A stretch of 40,000 nucleotides of DNA from NCBI GenBank assembly GCA_945881945.1, contig CAMCVO010000008.1, positions 24,461 through 64,460 of the forward strand, in the 5' to 3' direction. This document shows, piece by piece, positions 39,869 to 40,000 of this stretch. Position numbers and translations under genes: made by a program. The notes under the pieces are model-generated. The model was given only the letters and a program-made list of their open reading frames with translations, was not told the DNA's origin and did no database searches. Each line of letters opens with the position of its first letter. The stretch's first letter is position 1. This DNA comes from Bifidobacterium breve. GTDB taxonomy: Bacteria; Actinomycetota; Actinomycetes; Nanopelagicales; Nanopelagicaceae.

Positions 39869-40000
39869 GGGGGTGAACGGTCTCGACTTTAGTCGTTACT
39901 TCAAGGCAAGCGGGCCGAGGAAGCCGTGATGATCTCGTTAACCACAAAAACATGGCAAACTATAAGCGCAAGTAAAACTGCCGCTGATTATCAACTAGCT
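39869..40000 (+). ncRNA. ssrA: Transfer-messenger RNA, 5' part, truncated by the window end
   Basis: 5' GGGGGTGAACGGTCTCGACTTT signature downstream of smpB. TATAAGC precedes the resume codon GCA, and the tag frame GCA AGT AAA ACT GCC GCT GAT TAT CAA CTA GCT = ASKTAADYQLA runs to the window edge. Confidence 0.95.

Noticed and set aside
1-40000. CRISPR arrays, transposases, integrases, restriction-modification, toxin-antitoxin or phage genes
   Set aside because: No regularly spaced direct repeats and no matching ORFs were seen by eye on either strand.

Overview
This window is mostly core chromosome of a low-GC, streamlined actinobacterium. An acI/Nanopelagicales-like freshwater or marine lineage is my inference from gene content and order; it was not computed. 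I recognise these blocks: a PHP-domain fragment, DUF3107-like and TetR genes; mshB plus a small membrane protein; a cysteinyl-tRNA synthetase-like gene with a small SH3-like ORF; ferredoxin-dapC; a GDP-mannose/whiB2/glycosyltransferase/DUF5719/DUF3499/manB cluster; ahcY-mtrA-mtrB-comF-secA; DUF6459-like; SAF (CpaB-like) - CpaE-like - pdtaS - whiB1; msrA-msrB-PLP transsulfuration enzyme-GNAT; a TagG/TagH-type ABC exporter; terC; two class-III aminotransferases around mmsA; a minimal Flp/TadE/TadG-like pilin cluster; prfB-ftsE-ftsX-smpB; and the 5' part of ssrA (tmRNA). I found no CRISPR array, transposon, prophage or recognisable defence system, and nothing clearly qualifies as a new multi-gene system. 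The best leads are a split, minimal tad-type locus with a CpaE-like protein lacking the P-loop lysine; a CysS-like enzyme with a non-canonical HIGH motif beside mshB; missing lpqB/hpf in the mtrAB-secA region; an apparent CTG start of dapC; strong unassigned inverted repeats; a structured intergenic region upstream of msrA; and an unusual predicted tmRNA tag.
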